A stretch of DNA of 64,000 nt from Pseudomonadota bacterium (GCA_043818055.1 JBDRGF010000141.1:1-64000); one strand, 5' to 3'; counted from the stretch's first letter, positions 19,371 to 30,148 are shown. Notes: generated by a model from the letters alone, not told the origin. Translations and numbers: made by a program.

Positions 19371-20452
19371 ATATGAAAAAACAAATATCACTCACCATCA
19401 TTCTTTTGATGATCGCAGCGTGCGGCATGCCCGGGGTTGCGGATTTTGAATCGCTCCTCGATCATCAGCCTAAGGTGATAAAAATATTACCTGATAAGGG
19501 TGAAGAGTTGAGTGCCGTATCTAAAGTAGAGGTATTTTTCTCTCAGCCGGTGAAAAGCTCTTCGATCAACGAGGAATCGTTCATAGTTTCGGTAGCTCCT
19601 GCGGGGGGTGATGAAGCCTCCATAACAAAGGATATGCAGGCTGGCAATCTCAAGGGAGTCGATGGGGAATTCGAGGTGGATGCCGAGGGTAAGGTCGCGA
19701 CATTTTATTTCAGCGATGATGGAAAGGATGTGAAGATGTACGCTGTTTTGATCAACGACCTCGTCGTGAACGAATTGAACGTGCCACTGAACCAAAACCG
19801 CGGAAAAAGCCCTGAGCCTTTTTTCAGCTATTTTTATACAGGAAAGTCACTTGAAGTTATAGAGGGCTCGAAGAATCCTGTATCTGGTGGAAGCCCGAGT
19901 GGAGGGGGCTTAAACCCAGCTGAGAAAAAAGAGAGAATCGATCCTGAAAAGGTAGCCATCAACGAGGTCTATTACGACGCGGTCGGAAAGGACACAGATG
20001 GAGATCTCTTCATAGAGCTCTCTGGGACGCCTGAAGGTGACATCAGCGAATTTGTTATAAACCTCGTCGATGGAGATGGAGGGCTGATCAAAGATACGAT
20101 AAAGATTCCGGAGGATTCGTATATACCGGATGATGGGATTTATCTCATAGCCGACAGCATCACAGGACAGACAGGGAGCCGGGTTGAGGGTTCCGATTTC
20201 ATCGACAACTTCGATCCGCAAAACGGCCCCGATGCCGTCCAGCTAATCGGTCGTGATGGTTCACTTTGGGATGCGATGAGCTACGGTGATGTCTCTGTTA
20301 CGACTGCCGAAAATGGACTGGCTATTTTCGAAGGAGATGCAACCCCGCTAGTGAACAACGGCCAGAGCCTCTCAAGAAGGGGTGGCATAGATACAGACGA
20401 CAACCTCTCCGATTTTGAGGTATTGGATGTCCCAACCCCGGGAGAACTTTGA
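19367..20452 (+). CDS. Lipoprotein with Ig-like (SbsA-type) and lamin-tail domains
   Basis: Lipobox IAAC; P.VI.I.P...VEVFFSQPV (Ig-like); VAINEVYYD..G.D....FIEL, QNGPDAVQL, SLSR...DTDDN..DF....TPG (lamin-tail-like). Confidence 0.78.
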   Translation: MNMKKQISLTIILLMIAACGMPGVADFESLLDHQPKVIKILPDKGEELSAVSKVEVFFSQPVKSSSINEESFIVSVAPAGGDEASITKDMQAGNLKGVDGEFEVDAEGKVATFYFSDDGKDVKMYAVLINDLVVNELNVPLNQNRGKSPEPFFSYFYTGKSLEVIEGSKNPVSGGSPSGGGLNPAEKKERIDPEKVAINEVYYDAVGKDTDGDLFIELSGTPEGDISEFVINLVDGDGGLIKDTIKIPEDSYIPDDGIYLIADSITGQTGSRVEGSDFIDNFDPQNGPDAVQLIGRDGSLWDAMSYGDVSVTTAENGLAIFEGDATPLVNNGQSLSRRGGIDTDDNLSDFEVLDVPTPGEL

Positions 20453-20486
20453 AAAATGCAAAGGTGCATGTGGAATGTGGTTTTAA

Positions 20487-20538
20487 CCCTTCCCCCTTTT
20501 TGACGGGGGCAGGTGCCCGTAGGGCGGATGGGGGTGAG
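20487..20538 (+). repeat. Double-hairpin repeat, copy 1
   Basis: CCCTTCCCCC..GGGGGCAGG-TGCCC-gta-GGGC-GGATGGGGGTGAG; other copies at 27353, 30149 and 34510. Confidence 0.85.
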
Positions 20539-20657
20539 TTTTTTATCCCTCAACCCCAACTTTAACGTTCTTAGGCTAATAGCCAAATATTGATATTTTT
20601 CTCTTGCATCGAACTGGCATGTGAATATACTGCCGGGCCAATAGGGCGGTTTTCTCG

Positions 20658-20686
20658 AAGTGGGCAAGAAAAGCCCACTTTTTTTT
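20658..20686 (+). promoter_or_regulatory. rimP leader terminator-like hairpin
   Basis: AAGTGGGC-aagaaaa-GCCCACTT followed by a T-run, directly upstream of rimP. This matches the widely conserved rimP-leader stem. Confidence 0.75.
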
Positions 20687-20701
20687 AGCCGGAGAGGAAT
20701 T

Positions 20702-21187
20702 ATGATAGGCGAGGAATTTTTTTTAACGGTAGACAAGCTGACAGCTAATATATTTTCAAGCATTGGGTTTGAACTGATCGACTGCCGCCTTTTTCCATCA
20801 CAAGGTAAAAAAATATTGAGAATTTATATAGATAGAACCGACGGCAAAAGTGTTACTATAGATGATTGCGCGAAGGTCTCCCATGCTGTTGAAGATCTTT
20901 TTGCAGTTGAATTAAATATGGAGGGAAGTTTTAATTTAGAGGTCTCCTCGCCGGGCATCGACAGACCGCTTAGAAGAAAAAGGGATTTTTTGAAGTATTT
21001 AGGCTTTTGGGTAAAGCTTAAGACTGAAACTCCTCTGGATGGTAGATCGAATTTTAAGGGTGAACTGAGGTATTTTGATAACGATCAGTTGACAGTTTTT
21101 ATCGACGGGGTCGAGTTCAAAATTCCTTTTGAAAAGGTATCCGAAGCTCACCTCGTGCAGGGCGAGATTTTAATGACAAAACAATAA
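20702..21187 (+). CDS. rimP: Ribosome maturation factor RimP
   Basis: LRIYID, VTIDDCA.VS, LEVSSPGIDRPL; upstream of nusA. Confidence 0.95.
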   Translation: MIGEEFFLTVDKLTANIFSSIGFELIDCRLFPSQGKKILRIYIDRTDGKSVTIDDCAKVSHAVEDLFAVELNMEGSFNLEVSSPGIDRPLRRKRDFLKYLGFWVKLKTETPLDGRSNFKGELRYFDNDQLTVFIDGVEFKIPFEKVSEAHLVQGEILMTKQ

Positions 21188-21206
21188 ATTGAAAGGGGTA
21201 AGAAGT

Positions 21207-22709
21207 ATGTTTCAAAATTTAAATCGGGTATTAGAGCAAGTTAGCAGGGATAAAGGGATCCCAAAAGAATTTTTGGTCGATGCCATTGAGAACGCTTTTC
21301 TTACTGTAGCGCGGAAGAAATGGGGATATCTGGGAGAACTGGAATCGCATTACAACGAGGAGATGGGAGAGATAGAACTCTTTCAGTTCAAAGAGGTCTC
21401 CGAAAAGGTCGAGGATGAAAATACGCAGATGACATTGCAGGAAGCCAAGAAGCTCGATCCTGATGCCGAATATGGCGATAGCTTAGGTGTCAAGATGAGC
21501 CCTTCAGTATTTGGCAGAATCGCCGCGCAGACTGCCAAACAGGTCATCATACAGAAGGTGAGAGAGGCCGAGCGCAACATAATTTATGAGGAATACAAGG
21601 GCAGGATAGGCGAGATTATCACTGGCATCGTGCGCAGATTCGATCGCGGCGATCTGGTCGTCGATCTTGGTCGTACCGAGGCCGTCGTTCCTAAACAGGA
21701 ACAGGTGCAAAGTGAGAATTTCCGCGCTGGAGATCGTATTCAGGGCTTTTTTCTCCGTCTCGATAAAGAGAGCCGTGGCATTCCGCTCGTCCTTTCGCGA
21801 AAAAATATTGGATTGCTCAATGAACTCTTTTCCATGGAAGTGCCTGAGATTGCAGAGGGAGTGGTGGAGATCAAATCAGCCGCCCGTGAACCGGGTGTCA
21901 GATCAAAAATTGCAGTCTATTCCCGCGATTCAGATGTCGACCCGGTTGGCGCATGTGTGGGAATCAAGGGTTCCAGAGTGCAGAGTGTCGTAGGAGAGCT
22001 CAAAGGGGAAAAGATCGATGTCGTTTCATGGGACGATGATCCGGCGAGATTTGTATGTAACGCCATAGCCCCCGCAGAGGTTGTCAAGGTAATCATAAGA
22101 GAGAGGGAGCATGGTATGGAGGTCGTTGTGCCGGATGATCAGCTTTCTCTGGCGATCGGCAGAAGGGGCCAGAATGTAAGACTGGCAGCCCAACTCACAG
22201 GTTGGAACATCGACGTTTACGCAGAAACCAGGATCGAGGAGATGGCATCGAGGGCAAGAAAGGTGCTCACAAGGGCATTGGAAATAGATGAAGGCTCAGC
22301 GATGATATTTTACTCCCATTCCTTCAGATCCATCGAAGATATTGCAGAGTGTACGTTGGATGAATTTATAAAACTTCCCGGATTGGGTCAGGAACTTCTA
22401 AATATTGTCCATCAGAAATCAAAAGGGCTGATTGCTGAGGGCAAGTCATCCGATAGCTTTTTGCAAGATGTGATCAAGGAGGAGATGGCTGCGAAAGCTT
22501 TAGTTGCGGAAGAAGAATTAAAGCTCGCAGAGAAGGCAAAGGCCGAAAGAGAAGAAGCTGAGAAGGTAGAGGCTCAGGAAGCAGAGGCCGAGAAAGCAAA
22601 AGCTGAAAAAGAATCTAAATCTGAAGAGACTTCGGATGAAAATCTTGAAGAGACCGTTGTGGATGAAGCTGAGCAGACACAAACCGAAGAGACAAAAAAT
22701 AATGAATAA
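21207..22709 (+). CDS. nusA: Transcription termination/antitermination factor NusA
   Basis: FGRIAAQTAKQVI.QK, AREPG.RSKIAV, DPVGACVG.KGSRV, SLAIGRRGQNVRLA. Confidence 0.97.
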   Translation: MFQNLNRVLEQVSRDKGIPKEFLVDAIENAFLTVARKKWGYLGELESHYNEEMGEIELFQFKEVSEKVEDENTQMTLQEAKKLDPDAEYGDSLGVKMSPSVFGRIAAQTAKQVIIQKVREAERNIIYEEYKGRIGEIITGIVRRFDRGDLVVDLGRTEAVVPKQEQVQSENFRAGDRIQGFFLRLDKESRGIPLVLSRKNIGLLNELFSMEVPEIAEGVVEIKSAAREPGVRSKIAVYSRDSDVDPVGACVGIKGSRVQSVVGELKGEKIDVVSWDDDPARFVCNAIAPAEVVKVIIREREHGMEVVVPDDQLSLAIGRRGQNVRLAAQLTGWNIDVYAETRIEEMASRARKVLTRALEIDEGSAMIFYSHSFRSIEDIAECTLDEFIKLPGLGQELLNIVHQKSKGLIAEGKSSDSFLQDVIKEEMAAKALVAEEELKLAEKAKAEREEAEKVEAQEAEAEKAKAEKESKSEETSDENLEETVVDEAEQTQTEETKNNE

Positions 22710-22727
22710 TGAATAAGGAATAAAATC

Positions 22728-25112
22728 ATGACAGAAGAGAAACTCCCTGGAAATGAGACAGAATCAAAAGCGGTAGTCGAGCGTAGGTTGAAACCGACAC
22801 TCATTAGACGGCGCAAAAAACCGACTCCGCCTGTAGAGGAAACTAAAGAATCGACTCTTTCAGCCGAAGAAGCCGCAGATGAGGCGAGCACAGCTGAACA
22901 AGCTCCAGTCTCATCTGAAGAGCAGTCTACAGAAGCTGTCCCGGATGTTAAAGGATCCGAAGAGTCCAAGGCGGATTTCCAAGTCTCAACAGAGGAAAAA
23001 AAGGGAGATCAGACTGAGGTAAGACCCAAAAGGATAGGCGTTGTCGGCCATATCGATCTAGTCGCCCCTGAAGTCAAGGGTGAATGGAAGCAGGATGAGA
23101 AGGCTCAGTTACCGGTCAGAAAGGTTGCCAAAAAGAAAAAGAGTAAGGCGGAGCTCGATTACGAAGCTATTCAAAGGGCGGGAGGTCTTAAGAGTTACGC
23201 AGAGGTAGTGAAAGATGAGGTTGTTGGTGCTCCATCAGATGAGACTCTTACGGTTGAGCCTGCTAAAGATCGTGTCTTTCGTCCTACAGTATCAAAAAGA
23301 AGAAAGACGACCAGAAGAGAATTTAAGCAGCCTCAAATTACTCAGAGAAAAGAATCGAAAAGAGTCATACGAATTGAGAGCAAGATCAGTGTTGGCGAAT
23401 TGTCCCAGCAGCTTGGAATCAAGGCGGGTGAGATCATCAATCGCCTGATGGCCCTTGAGATCATGGCTACGATAAATCAGACCATGGACGCAGATGTCGC
23501 TGAGATGATAGCTCAGGAATATGGATTCAGGGTTGAGAAGACCGGTATTAAGGAAGAGGATGTATTTGCGATTTCCCATGAGGATAAAAAAGAGGAAAAT
23601 CTTATATCCCGGCCGCCGGTAGTGACGGTCATGGGTCATGTCGATCACGGCAAGACCTCTATTCTCGATGTAATCAGAAAGACCAAGGTTGCCGAAGGTG
23701 AAGCGGGCGGGATAACACAGCACATCGGCGCTTATGAGGTGAAGATTAAAAAGGGTTCGATATCCTTTGTCGATACCCCCGGTCACGAAGCCTTCACGAA
23801 GATGAGGGCTCGCGGCGCAAAGGTCACCGATATAGTAGTTTTGGTTGTGGCAGCCGATGATGGTGTCATGCCGCAGACGGTCGAGGCGATAGATCACGCC
23901 AAGGCCGCAGGAGTTCCGATCATAGTCGCAGTCAATAAGATAGATAAAGCAAACGCACAGCCGGATCGTGTAAAACAACAACTCTCCGAGCACGGTCTAG
24001 TTTCCGAGGAGTGGGGAGGCGAGACGATCTTCGTATTCACATCCGCGGTCAAAAACGAGGGTATCGATAAACTTCTCGAAATGATCATTCTTCAGGCGGA
24101 GATCCTCGAACTCAAAGCAGATCCTACAGTCCGCCCGCGGGGAATTGTGCTTGAAGCTAAGCTTGATAAAGGCAGAGGTCCTGTTGCGACTGTCCTCGTA
24201 AAAGAGGGAACTTTGAAAAAGGGTGATTATTTAGTGTGTGGAGATCACAGCGGAAGGATCAGATCGCTCGGCGATGCTCATGGAAAGAGTTTAGTAAACG
24301 CTACTCCATCGATGCCAGTCGAAATACTTGGGTTATCAGGCGTTCCAAGCGCGGGAGACGAATTTATTGCAGTTGAGGATGAGAAGGATGCCCGCACTAT
24401 CAGCCATCAGAGACAGGATAAGAAGAGAACGGATGAACTGGCAGGCTTATCGGCTAGTTCGCTCGAGCAGCTTCAGCAGATGATTTTGGATGGTGAAATA
24501 AAGACACTCAATCTTGTTGTCAAAGCGGATGTGAGAGGCACCTCTGAAGCGGTCGTAGCATCTGTTGAAAAGATCTCAACTGATAAAGCCAAGGTGAAGG
24601 TTATCCATACAGGTGTCGGCGGCATTTCCGAAAACGATGTTATGCTTGCTGCTGCATCGCAGGCAGTTGTCGTTGGATTCAATGTTTCAGCTGATGGGAA
24701 GGCCAGAGAAGCCGCTCAGCGGAACCATACAGAAATAAGAACATATAAAGTCATATATGAAATGATAGATGACATCAGAAAAGCACTCACAGGTTTGCTC
24801 GAACCGACGAGGACAGAGGTCGTATTGGGCAGAGCTCAGGTGAGGGATGTTTTTAGAATATCCAAGGTCGGTGCCATCGCAGGTTGCATGATCACATCAG
24901 GAAAGGTCATCAGAAATGCCCGCGTCAGATTGCTGAGAGATCAGGCGATAGTTTTCGATGGTGTAATTTCTTCGCTAAAGCGATTTAAGGATGATGCCAA
25001 AGAGGTGCTGGAGGGTTACGAGTGCGGCATTGGTATTCAGGGATATAACGATATCAAAGTCTCCGATGAGATCGAGGCCTATATAATAGAAGAGAAGAAG
25101 GGGGTTCTGTAA
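22728..25112 (+). CDS. infB: Translation initiation factor IF-2
   Basis: [52 protein letters not shown]. Confidence 0.98.
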   Translation: MTEEKLPGNETESKAVVERRLKPTLIRRRKKPTPPVEETKESTLSAEEAADEASTAEQAPVSSEEQSTEAVPDVKGSEESKADFQVSTEEKKGDQTEVRPKRIGVVGHIDLVAPEVKGEWKQDEKAQLPVRKVAKKKKSKAELDYEAIQRAGGLKSYAEVVKDEVVGAPSDETLTVEPAKDRVFRPTVSKRRKTTRREFKQPQITQRKESKRVIRIESKISVGELSQQLGIKAGEIINRLMALEIMATINQTMDADVAEMIAQEYGFRVEKTGIKEEDVFAISHEDKKEENLISRPPVVTVMGHVDHGKTSILDVIRKTKVAEGEAGGITQHIGAYEVKIKKGSISFVDTPGHEAFTKMRARGAKVTDIVVLVVAADDGVMPQTVEAIDHAKAAGVPIIVAVNKIDKANAQPDRVKQQLSEHGLVSEEWGGETIFVFTSAVKNEGIDKLLEMIILQAEILELKADPTVRPRGIVLEAKLDKGRGPVATVLVKEGTLKKGDYLVCGDHSGRIRSLGDAHGKSLVNATPSMPVEILGLSGVPSAGDEFIAVEDEKDARTISHQRQDKKRTDELAGLSASSLEQLQQMILDGEIKTLNLVVKADVRGTSEAVVASVEKISTDKAKVKVIHTGVGGISENDVMLAAASQAVVVGFNVSADGKAREAAQRNHTEIRTYKVIYEMIDDIRKALTGLLEPTRTEVVLGRAQVRDVFRISKVGAIAGCMITSGKVIRNARVRLLRDQAIVFDGVISSLKRFKDDAKEVLEGYECGIGIQGYNDIKVSDEIEAYIIEEKKGVL

Positions 25113-25204
25113 AAATAGCATGTGGCATTATTTCGTGAGGCGTGGGGGAATTATTTTAGTCTTTTGACCAACGCTTCACGAATTTCATACTACATACGAT
25201 TTTT
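25111..25204. repeat. MITE-like palindromic element (GCATGTRGCAT...ATGCTACATGC family)
   Basis: About 70 bp nearly match the reverse complement of 33656-33735, including the core AATTATTTTAGTCTTTYGACCAACG. Confidence 0.8.
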
Positions 25205-25218
25205 CCGAGTAACTGATT

Positions 25219-25572
25219 ATGTCCAGAAATTTACCATATAAAAGATTTGAAAGGGTAGCCTCCCAGATTTTCGAGGTTATATCAGAGGCCTTTTACACCG
25301 AGTTGGGAGGGGCTTCGCTCATGGACGTTCATATCACACAGGTCAGGGTAACTCCGGATCTAAGAACTGCCAGAGTTTATTTCCACATAATGAATAATAG
25401 CGAAGAGAGGTTGAAAGAGGTCACGAAAGCGATGGAGCTTCTTAAGGGAAGGATGCGAAAGTTAATTGGAAGTGAACTTAATCTCAAATACACTCCAGAA
25501 ATTAAAATATTTTACGATGAAGGTGTAGACGCATCAGAGAGAGTGGATCAATTATTGAGGGGGAACATTTAA
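25219..25572 (+). CDS. rbfA: Ribosome-binding factor A
   Basis: R.ERV, IT.VRVTPDLRTARVY, LKYTPEI.I.YD; follows infB. Confidence 0.93.
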   Translation: MSRNLPYKRFERVASQIFEVISEAFYTELGGASLMDVHITQVRVTPDLRTARVYFHIMNNSEERLKEVTKAMELLKGRMRKLIGSELNLKYTPEIKIFYDEGVDASERVDQLLRGNI

Positions 25573-25573
25573 G

Positions 25574-26527
25574 ATGCAAGTTGAAAAATTTGCTGCGCTC
25601 GTCGACGCAGCAAAAAAAATTCTTATAGTATTTCATGTCAACCCAGATGGCGACGCGATCGGATCAGCTCTGGCTCTAAAACGCATGTGTGAGAAGAAAA
25701 ATAAAGAGGTTACTGTATATTGCAAAGATACTGTACCATGGAACCTGAAGTTTTTAAACGGTTCTGAAAAAATCGTCAGCACTTTAGAGGGCGAATTTGA
25801 TCTCACTATCATTCTAGATTGTGGTTCAGCGTCCAGAGTAGGAAATACTTTTGAAGAATTTGAGGGAAAGGGAAAGGTCGTTGTCATCGATCATCATATC
25901 GATAACGACCAGAAGGCTGAGCTCAAGATAATTGATCAGAAGGCTGCTGCTGTCGGTGATCTGCTCTTCAGACTCTTCAATGAACTTGGCTGGAAGATGG
26001 ATGCAGAAGTTGCCCAGGCTCTATTTTGCGGCATTGTCACCGATACCGCTTTTTTCAGGTATAGCAACGTTTCTGCTGGTCTGTTCGAACGCACAGCGGA
26101 ACTTGTGAAGTTGGGTGCTTCCCCCTGGGAAGTAGCAAAGCATATGGAGGATGAGTATCCTCTCAGCCGCTTTAAGCTTGTGGCTTTGGCTATGAACAGC
26201 ATGGAGACCTTTTTAGGTGGAAAATTTTGCAGCATGTTCGTCACTGAAAAAATGTTTAAAGAGGCGGGTGCGACGATGGAGCAGTCCGAGGACTTTTCAG
26301 AGATACCGAGGTCTGTGGAGAATGTGGAAGTTTCCGCGCTTTTCAGGGAGAAATCTAAAAATGTTATCCGTGTTAGCTTAAGGTCAAAGGATTACGTGAA
26401 CGTATCAGATCTGGCAAAAAAGTTTGACGGTGGAGGTCACGCGAGGGCTGCGGGTTGTACGATAGAGGATACCATCGACAATGCGAGAAAATTTATTATA
26501 GAAGCAGTGAAAGGGAGTTTTCAGTGA
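25574..26527 (+). CDS. nrnA: DHH/DHHA1 phosphoesterase (NrnA-like)
   Basis: HVNPDGDAIGS, IDHH, GIVTDT, VSLRSK, GGGHARAAG. Confidence 0.9.
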   Translation: MQVEKFAALVDAAKKILIVFHVNPDGDAIGSALALKRMCEKKNKEVTVYCKDTVPWNLKFLNGSEKIVSTLEGEFDLTIILDCGSASRVGNTFEEFEGKGKVVVIDHHIDNDQKAELKIIDQKAAAVGDLLFRLFNELGWKMDAEVAQALFCGIVTDTAFFRYSNVSAGLFERTAELVKLGASPWEVAKHMEDEYPLSRFKLVALAMNSMETFLGGKFCSMFVTEKMFKEAGATMEQSEDFSEIPRSVENVEVSALFREKSKNVIRVSLRSKDYVNVSDLAKKFDGGGHARAAGCTIEDTIDNARKFIIEAVKGSFQ

Positions 26528-26596
26528 ACAGTTTTCAGTTAAGAGCTCGAAATGTAGAGCTTTAAACTGTGAACTATAAACTGTAAACTGTGAACT
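26516..26596. repeat. Degenerate heptamer tandem array arranged as an inverted repeat
   Basis: AGTTTTC AGTGAAC AGTTTTC AGTTAAG ... AACTGTG AACTATA AACTGTA AACTGTG; contains the nrnA stop codon. Confidence 0.7.
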
Positions 26597-26600
26597 TATT

Positions 26601-27314
26601 ATGGACGGAGTAATTGTAATAAATAAACAAATTGGGCCTACCTCACACGACGTTGTGAACAGGGTGAGGGTGCTTTCGGGATCGCTTAAGGTTGGTCATC
26701 TGGGTACACTCGATCCGCTCGCATCCGGTGTCCTGCCTTTAGTGTTGGGAGCAGCGACAAAGCTGGCATCGAGTCTGGCAGGGAGCGAGAAAATTTATGA
26801 GTTTACCTGCTGCTTTGGCGAGGTCAGGACTACCGACGATTCAGAAGGTGAAATAATTTCGAAGAGAGCTGTGCCGCAAAACCTTTTGGAAGAGTTGAGA
26901 GAACTTCTTCCAGGTTTTATCGGAGTGATTGATCAGAGACCTCCGCTTTATTCGGCTATCAAGATCAAGGGCAGGCCGATGTATAGCTTGGCGCGCAAAG
27001 GTAAAAAGGTTGAAGCGCCCCTGAGACGGGTCACGGTTAACGAACTAAAAATTTTGAAGAGCGATGGAAACAGGGTCAGAATGTCGATCGATTGTTTGAG
27101 TGGTACCTATGTCAGGAGCATATGCAGGGATCTGGGGTTTAAATTGGGATGTGGGGCGTATGCCTCTGATATCTTTAGACTCAAAAGTGGCCGGTTTACT
27201 ATCGATCAGGCGATCACAATGGACATACTGGAGAAGAATCCTTCTCAGATGCATAAACATATTATTGGGTTGGAGGCTTTAAAGAGCAAAGGCGCGTGTA
27301 GCATGATCACGTGA
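26601..27314 (+). CDS. truB: tRNA pseudouridine(55) synthase, short form without a PUA tail
   Basis: TSHDVV, KVGHLGTLDPLASGVL, QRPPLYSAIK.KG, GTYVRSI. Confidence 0.95.
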   Translation: MDGVIVINKQIGPTSHDVVNRVRVLSGSLKVGHLGTLDPLASGVLPLVLGAATKLASSLAGSEKIYEFTCCFGEVRTTDDSEGEIISKRAVPQNLLEELRELLPGFIGVIDQRPPLYSAIKIKGRPMYSLARKGKKVEAPLRRVTVNELKILKSDGNRVRMSIDCLSGTYVRSICRDLGFKLGCGAYASDIFRLKSGRFTIDQAITMDILEKNPSQMHKHIIGLEALKSKGACSMIT

Positions 27315-27428
27315 AGCGTCCGCCCGTGAAGCGTGAAGCGCAATAATTTTGTCCTTCCCCCTAAACGGGGGAAGGTGGCCAACGGCCGGATGGGGGTGAG
27401 GTTTTCACCACATGCTACATGCGCTTTT
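27288..27428. repeat. MITE-like element with a nested double-hairpin repeat (copy 2 at 27353-27400)
   Basis: Ends AAAGGCGCGTGTAGCATG and CATGCTACATGCGCTTTT; internal CGTGAAG heptamers; overlaps the truB 3' end. Confidence 0.8.
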
Positions 27429-27476
27429 AAAAAACACTTTACAGTTAAATATAATTTGTGATAAGGAGCCCGAACT

Positions 27477-27746
27477 ATGAGATTAGCTAAAGAAACAAAA
27501 CTGGGACTGATCAAAAAGTATTGCAAACATGAAAAGGACAACGGCTCTGCCGAGGTGCAGGTTTCTCTGCTCACTGAGAGGATAAATTCCCTCACTGATC
27601 ATTTTCGTGCAAACGAGAAGGATCATCACAGCCGCCGTGGTTTGTTGCTGATGGTCGGTCGCAGAAGAAAATTGCTTGGATATCTCAAAAAGCACGATTT
27701 TGAAGGTTATAAAAAATTGATTGCTGAGTTGGGAATTCGTAAATAA
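27477..27746 (+). CDS. rpsO: 30S ribosomal protein S15
   Basis: D.GSAEVQV.LLT.RI..L..H....[20 protein letters not shown]. Confidence 0.98.
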   Translation: MRLAKETKLGLIKKYCKHEKDNGSAEVQVSLLTERINSLTDHFRANEKDHHSRRGLLLMVGRRRKLLGYLKKHDFEGYKKLIAELGIRK

Positions 27747-27763
27747 GCTGGTTTAAGGGATTT

Positions 27764-27824
27764 GGGCTGATAATTTTAATGAACTGTCGATCAAATGACG
27801 GTTCATCCAAATTATCAGTTGCCC
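27764..27824 (+). promoter_or_regulatory. Long stem-loop in the pnp leader (candidate RNase III site)
   Basis: CTGATAATTT/AAATTATCAG and ATGAACTGTC/GACGGTTCAT form stacked helices. Confidence 0.6.
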
Positions 27825-27954
27825 TTCTAATAAAACTAGCCCTTACAATTCTTAATTTAGCGCCAAATTGATGAGTCACAGGTAATCAAAAGTGATTGCT
27901 TTGTCCATTGTGCGTTTGAGCACAGATGCCGACTCTCAATTCAAAGGAGGAAAA

Positions 27955-30063
27955 ATGGTAGAACGTGTAAGTGCTGTAGTGGGTGGTAAAGAGATCATAA
28001 TCGAGACAGGAAAGATTGCCAAACAGGCCGGTGGCTCGATCACAATCAGGATGGGAGATACGATAGTTCTGGTCACAGCTACGGCAAAGACGGAGCCATC
28101 TGAAAATAGGGCTTTTCTGCCGCTCTCCGTTGATTATATTGAAAAGACCTTTGCCGCGGGAAAGATTCCCGGCGGATTTTTTAAACGAGAAGGGCGTCCC
28201 ACTCAGCAGGCGACTTTGACGAGCAGATTTATCGATCGTCCGATCAGGCCTCTATTCCCAGAGGGTTATTTCAATGAGACTCAGGTAATTGCAACTGTCT
28301 TATCAGCTGATACTGAACATGCGCCGGATATGTTAGCGATGACTGGGGCATCAGCAGCTTTGATGCTCTCACCAGCACCCTTTAAAGGGCCTATCGCAGG
28401 AGTTAGAGTAGGAAGAATCGATGGTAAATTTGTAGTCAATCCGAGTGAAGAGGCGTTGGAAAAATCCGATATCGATATCATTCTTGCAGGCAGCAAGGAT
28501 GCCGTCGTCATGGTTGAGGGTGGAGCTAAGATTGTTCCGGAGAAAGACATATTGGACGCGATTGCCTTCGGACATAAAGAGATGCAGCCACTTATCGATG
28601 CTCAAATTGAACTACAGAAAAAGGCTGGAAAGCCAAAATTGGCGGATCCTGTTTTGGAGGATAATTCTGAAATGGATAAGAAGGTCGGGGATCTGATAGG
28701 CAAAGATTTAAAGAAGGCAGTTACGATTCCGACCAAGCTAGAGAGATATGCCGCAATCGATGCAGTTGCAAAGATGGCTGTTGAAACGTTGGTTACAGCC
28801 GATGATGATGCAGATCTTAAGTATAAGGTGCTAGGTTCCTTTTCAGAATATAAAAAGAAATTGGTCAGAGGAATGATCTTGTCCGATGGTGTTCGTATTG
28901 ACGGAAGATCTCTTAAAGATGTTAGAGATATCACTTCTGAAACATCTTTGTTGCCCAGGGCACACGGTTCTGCGCTTTTTACACGCGGTGAAACCCAAGC
29001 CATAGTTACAGCAACTCTGGGAACTAAAGAGGATCAGCAGATGATCGATGGTTTGAATGGTAAATATGATAAGAAATTCATGCTTCATTATAATTTTCCT
29101 CCCTTTTCTGTCGGAGAGGTGAAATTTATGAGATCTCCAGGGCGTCGCGAGATTGGTCACGGAGCCTTGGCTGAGAGGGCGATAAAGGAAGTTTTGCCAG
29201 ACACAGAGAAGTTTCCGTACACTATAAGGGTGGTCTCCGAGATCATGGAGTCTAACGGTTCATCATCGATGGCGACTGTATGTGGCGCAAGTTTGTCACT
29301 TATGGATGCAGGTGTTCCGTTGAAAGCCCCTGTTGCCGGCATTGCTATGGGATTGATAATGGAGGGCGAAAAATCTGCGGTGCTGACAGATATCCTTGGT
29401 GATGAAGATCATTTAGGCGATATGGATTTTAAGGTTGCGGGTACTTCAGAGGGTATTACTGCAATTCAGATGGATATAAAAATAAAGGGGCTGAGTTACG
29501 AGTTGTTATCTGAAGCTTTAGAGCAGGCTCATGGGGCAAGATTGCATATACTGGAAAAGATGTCTGCTACTCTGGATAAATCCAGAGAAAATTTATCCCA
29601 ATATGCGCCTAAACTCACCAGACTGACTATTCCTGTCGAGAAGATCGGGGACCTTATCGGTCCGGGCGGAAAGAATATCAGGAGCATAATCGAGGTGACT
29701 GGTGCCAAGGTGGACATCAATGATGATGGAACTGTTATAGTCGGAGCTGTTGATCAGAAGTCAGGTGATGCTGCTGTGAAGCTCATCATGAGATACACGC
29801 TGGTCCCTCAGGTTGGAAAATATTATAAGGGTAGAGTTGTTCGTGTAGCTGACTTCGGTGCATTTGTCGAAATATTGCCAAAGACCGACGGACTCGTGCA
29901 TATCTCTCAGCTACAAAATGATAGAACCAACAGAACGACAGATGTCGTGAATGTCGGAGACGAGGTCATAGTCAAGATTCTTGAAATCGACAGAGAGACA
30001 GGAAAGATCCGTCTGTCGAGAAAAGATGCGCTCGGCTACGAAGGCAAACTGGAAAATGAATAA
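27955..30063 (+). CDS. pnp: Polyribonucleotide nucleotidyltransferase
   Basis: GKIPGGFFKREG, RREIGHG.LA, SNGSSSMA, DILGDED.LGDMDFKVAGT, KH and S1 domains; AGGAGG RBS. Confidence 0.98.
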   Translation: MVERVSAVVGGKEIIIETGKIAKQAGGSITIRMGDTIVLVTATAKTEPSENRAFLPLSVDYIEKTFAAGKIPGGFFKREGRPTQQATLTSRFIDRPIRPLFPEGYFNETQVIATVLSADTEHAPDMLAMTGASAALMLSPAPFKGPIAGVRVGRIDGKFVVNPSEEALEKSDIDIILAGSKDAVVMVEGGAKIVPEKDILDAIAFGHKEMQPLIDAQIELQKKAGKPKLADPVLEDNSEMDKKVGDLIGKDLKKAVTIPTKLERYAAIDAVAKMAVETLVTADDDADLKYKVLGSFSEYKKKLVRGMILSDGVRIDGRSLKDVRDITSETSLLPRAHGSALFTRGETQAIVTATLGTKEDQQMIDGLNGKYDKKFMLHYNFPPFSVGEVKFMRSPGRREIGHGALAERAIKEVLPDTEKFPYTIRVVSEIMESNGSSSMATVCGASLSLMDAGVPLKAPVAGIAMGLIMEGEKSAVLTDILGDEDHLGDMDFKVAGTSEGITAIQMDIKIKGLSYELLSEALEQAHGARLHILEKMSATLDKSRENLSQYAPKLTRLTIPVEKIGDLIGPGGKNIRSIIEVTGAKVDINDDGTVIVGAVDQKSGDAAVKLIMRYTLVPQVGKYYKGRVVRVADFGAFVEILPKTDGLVHISQLQNDRTNRTTDVVNVGDEVIVKILEIDRETGKIRLSRKDALGYEGKLENE

Positions 30064-30107
30064 ATAAATAGCTGTCAGCTATCAGCTCTCAGTGTTCAGC
30101 CAAAATG

Positions 30108-30135
30108 AAGGCGGGTTTCCAACCCGCCCTTTTTT
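30108..30135 (+). terminator. Intrinsic terminator after pnp
   Basis: GGCGGGTT-tcc-AACCCGCC followed by CTTTTTT. Confidence 0.8.
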
Positions 30136-30148
30136 GTTCTTTTCTTTG

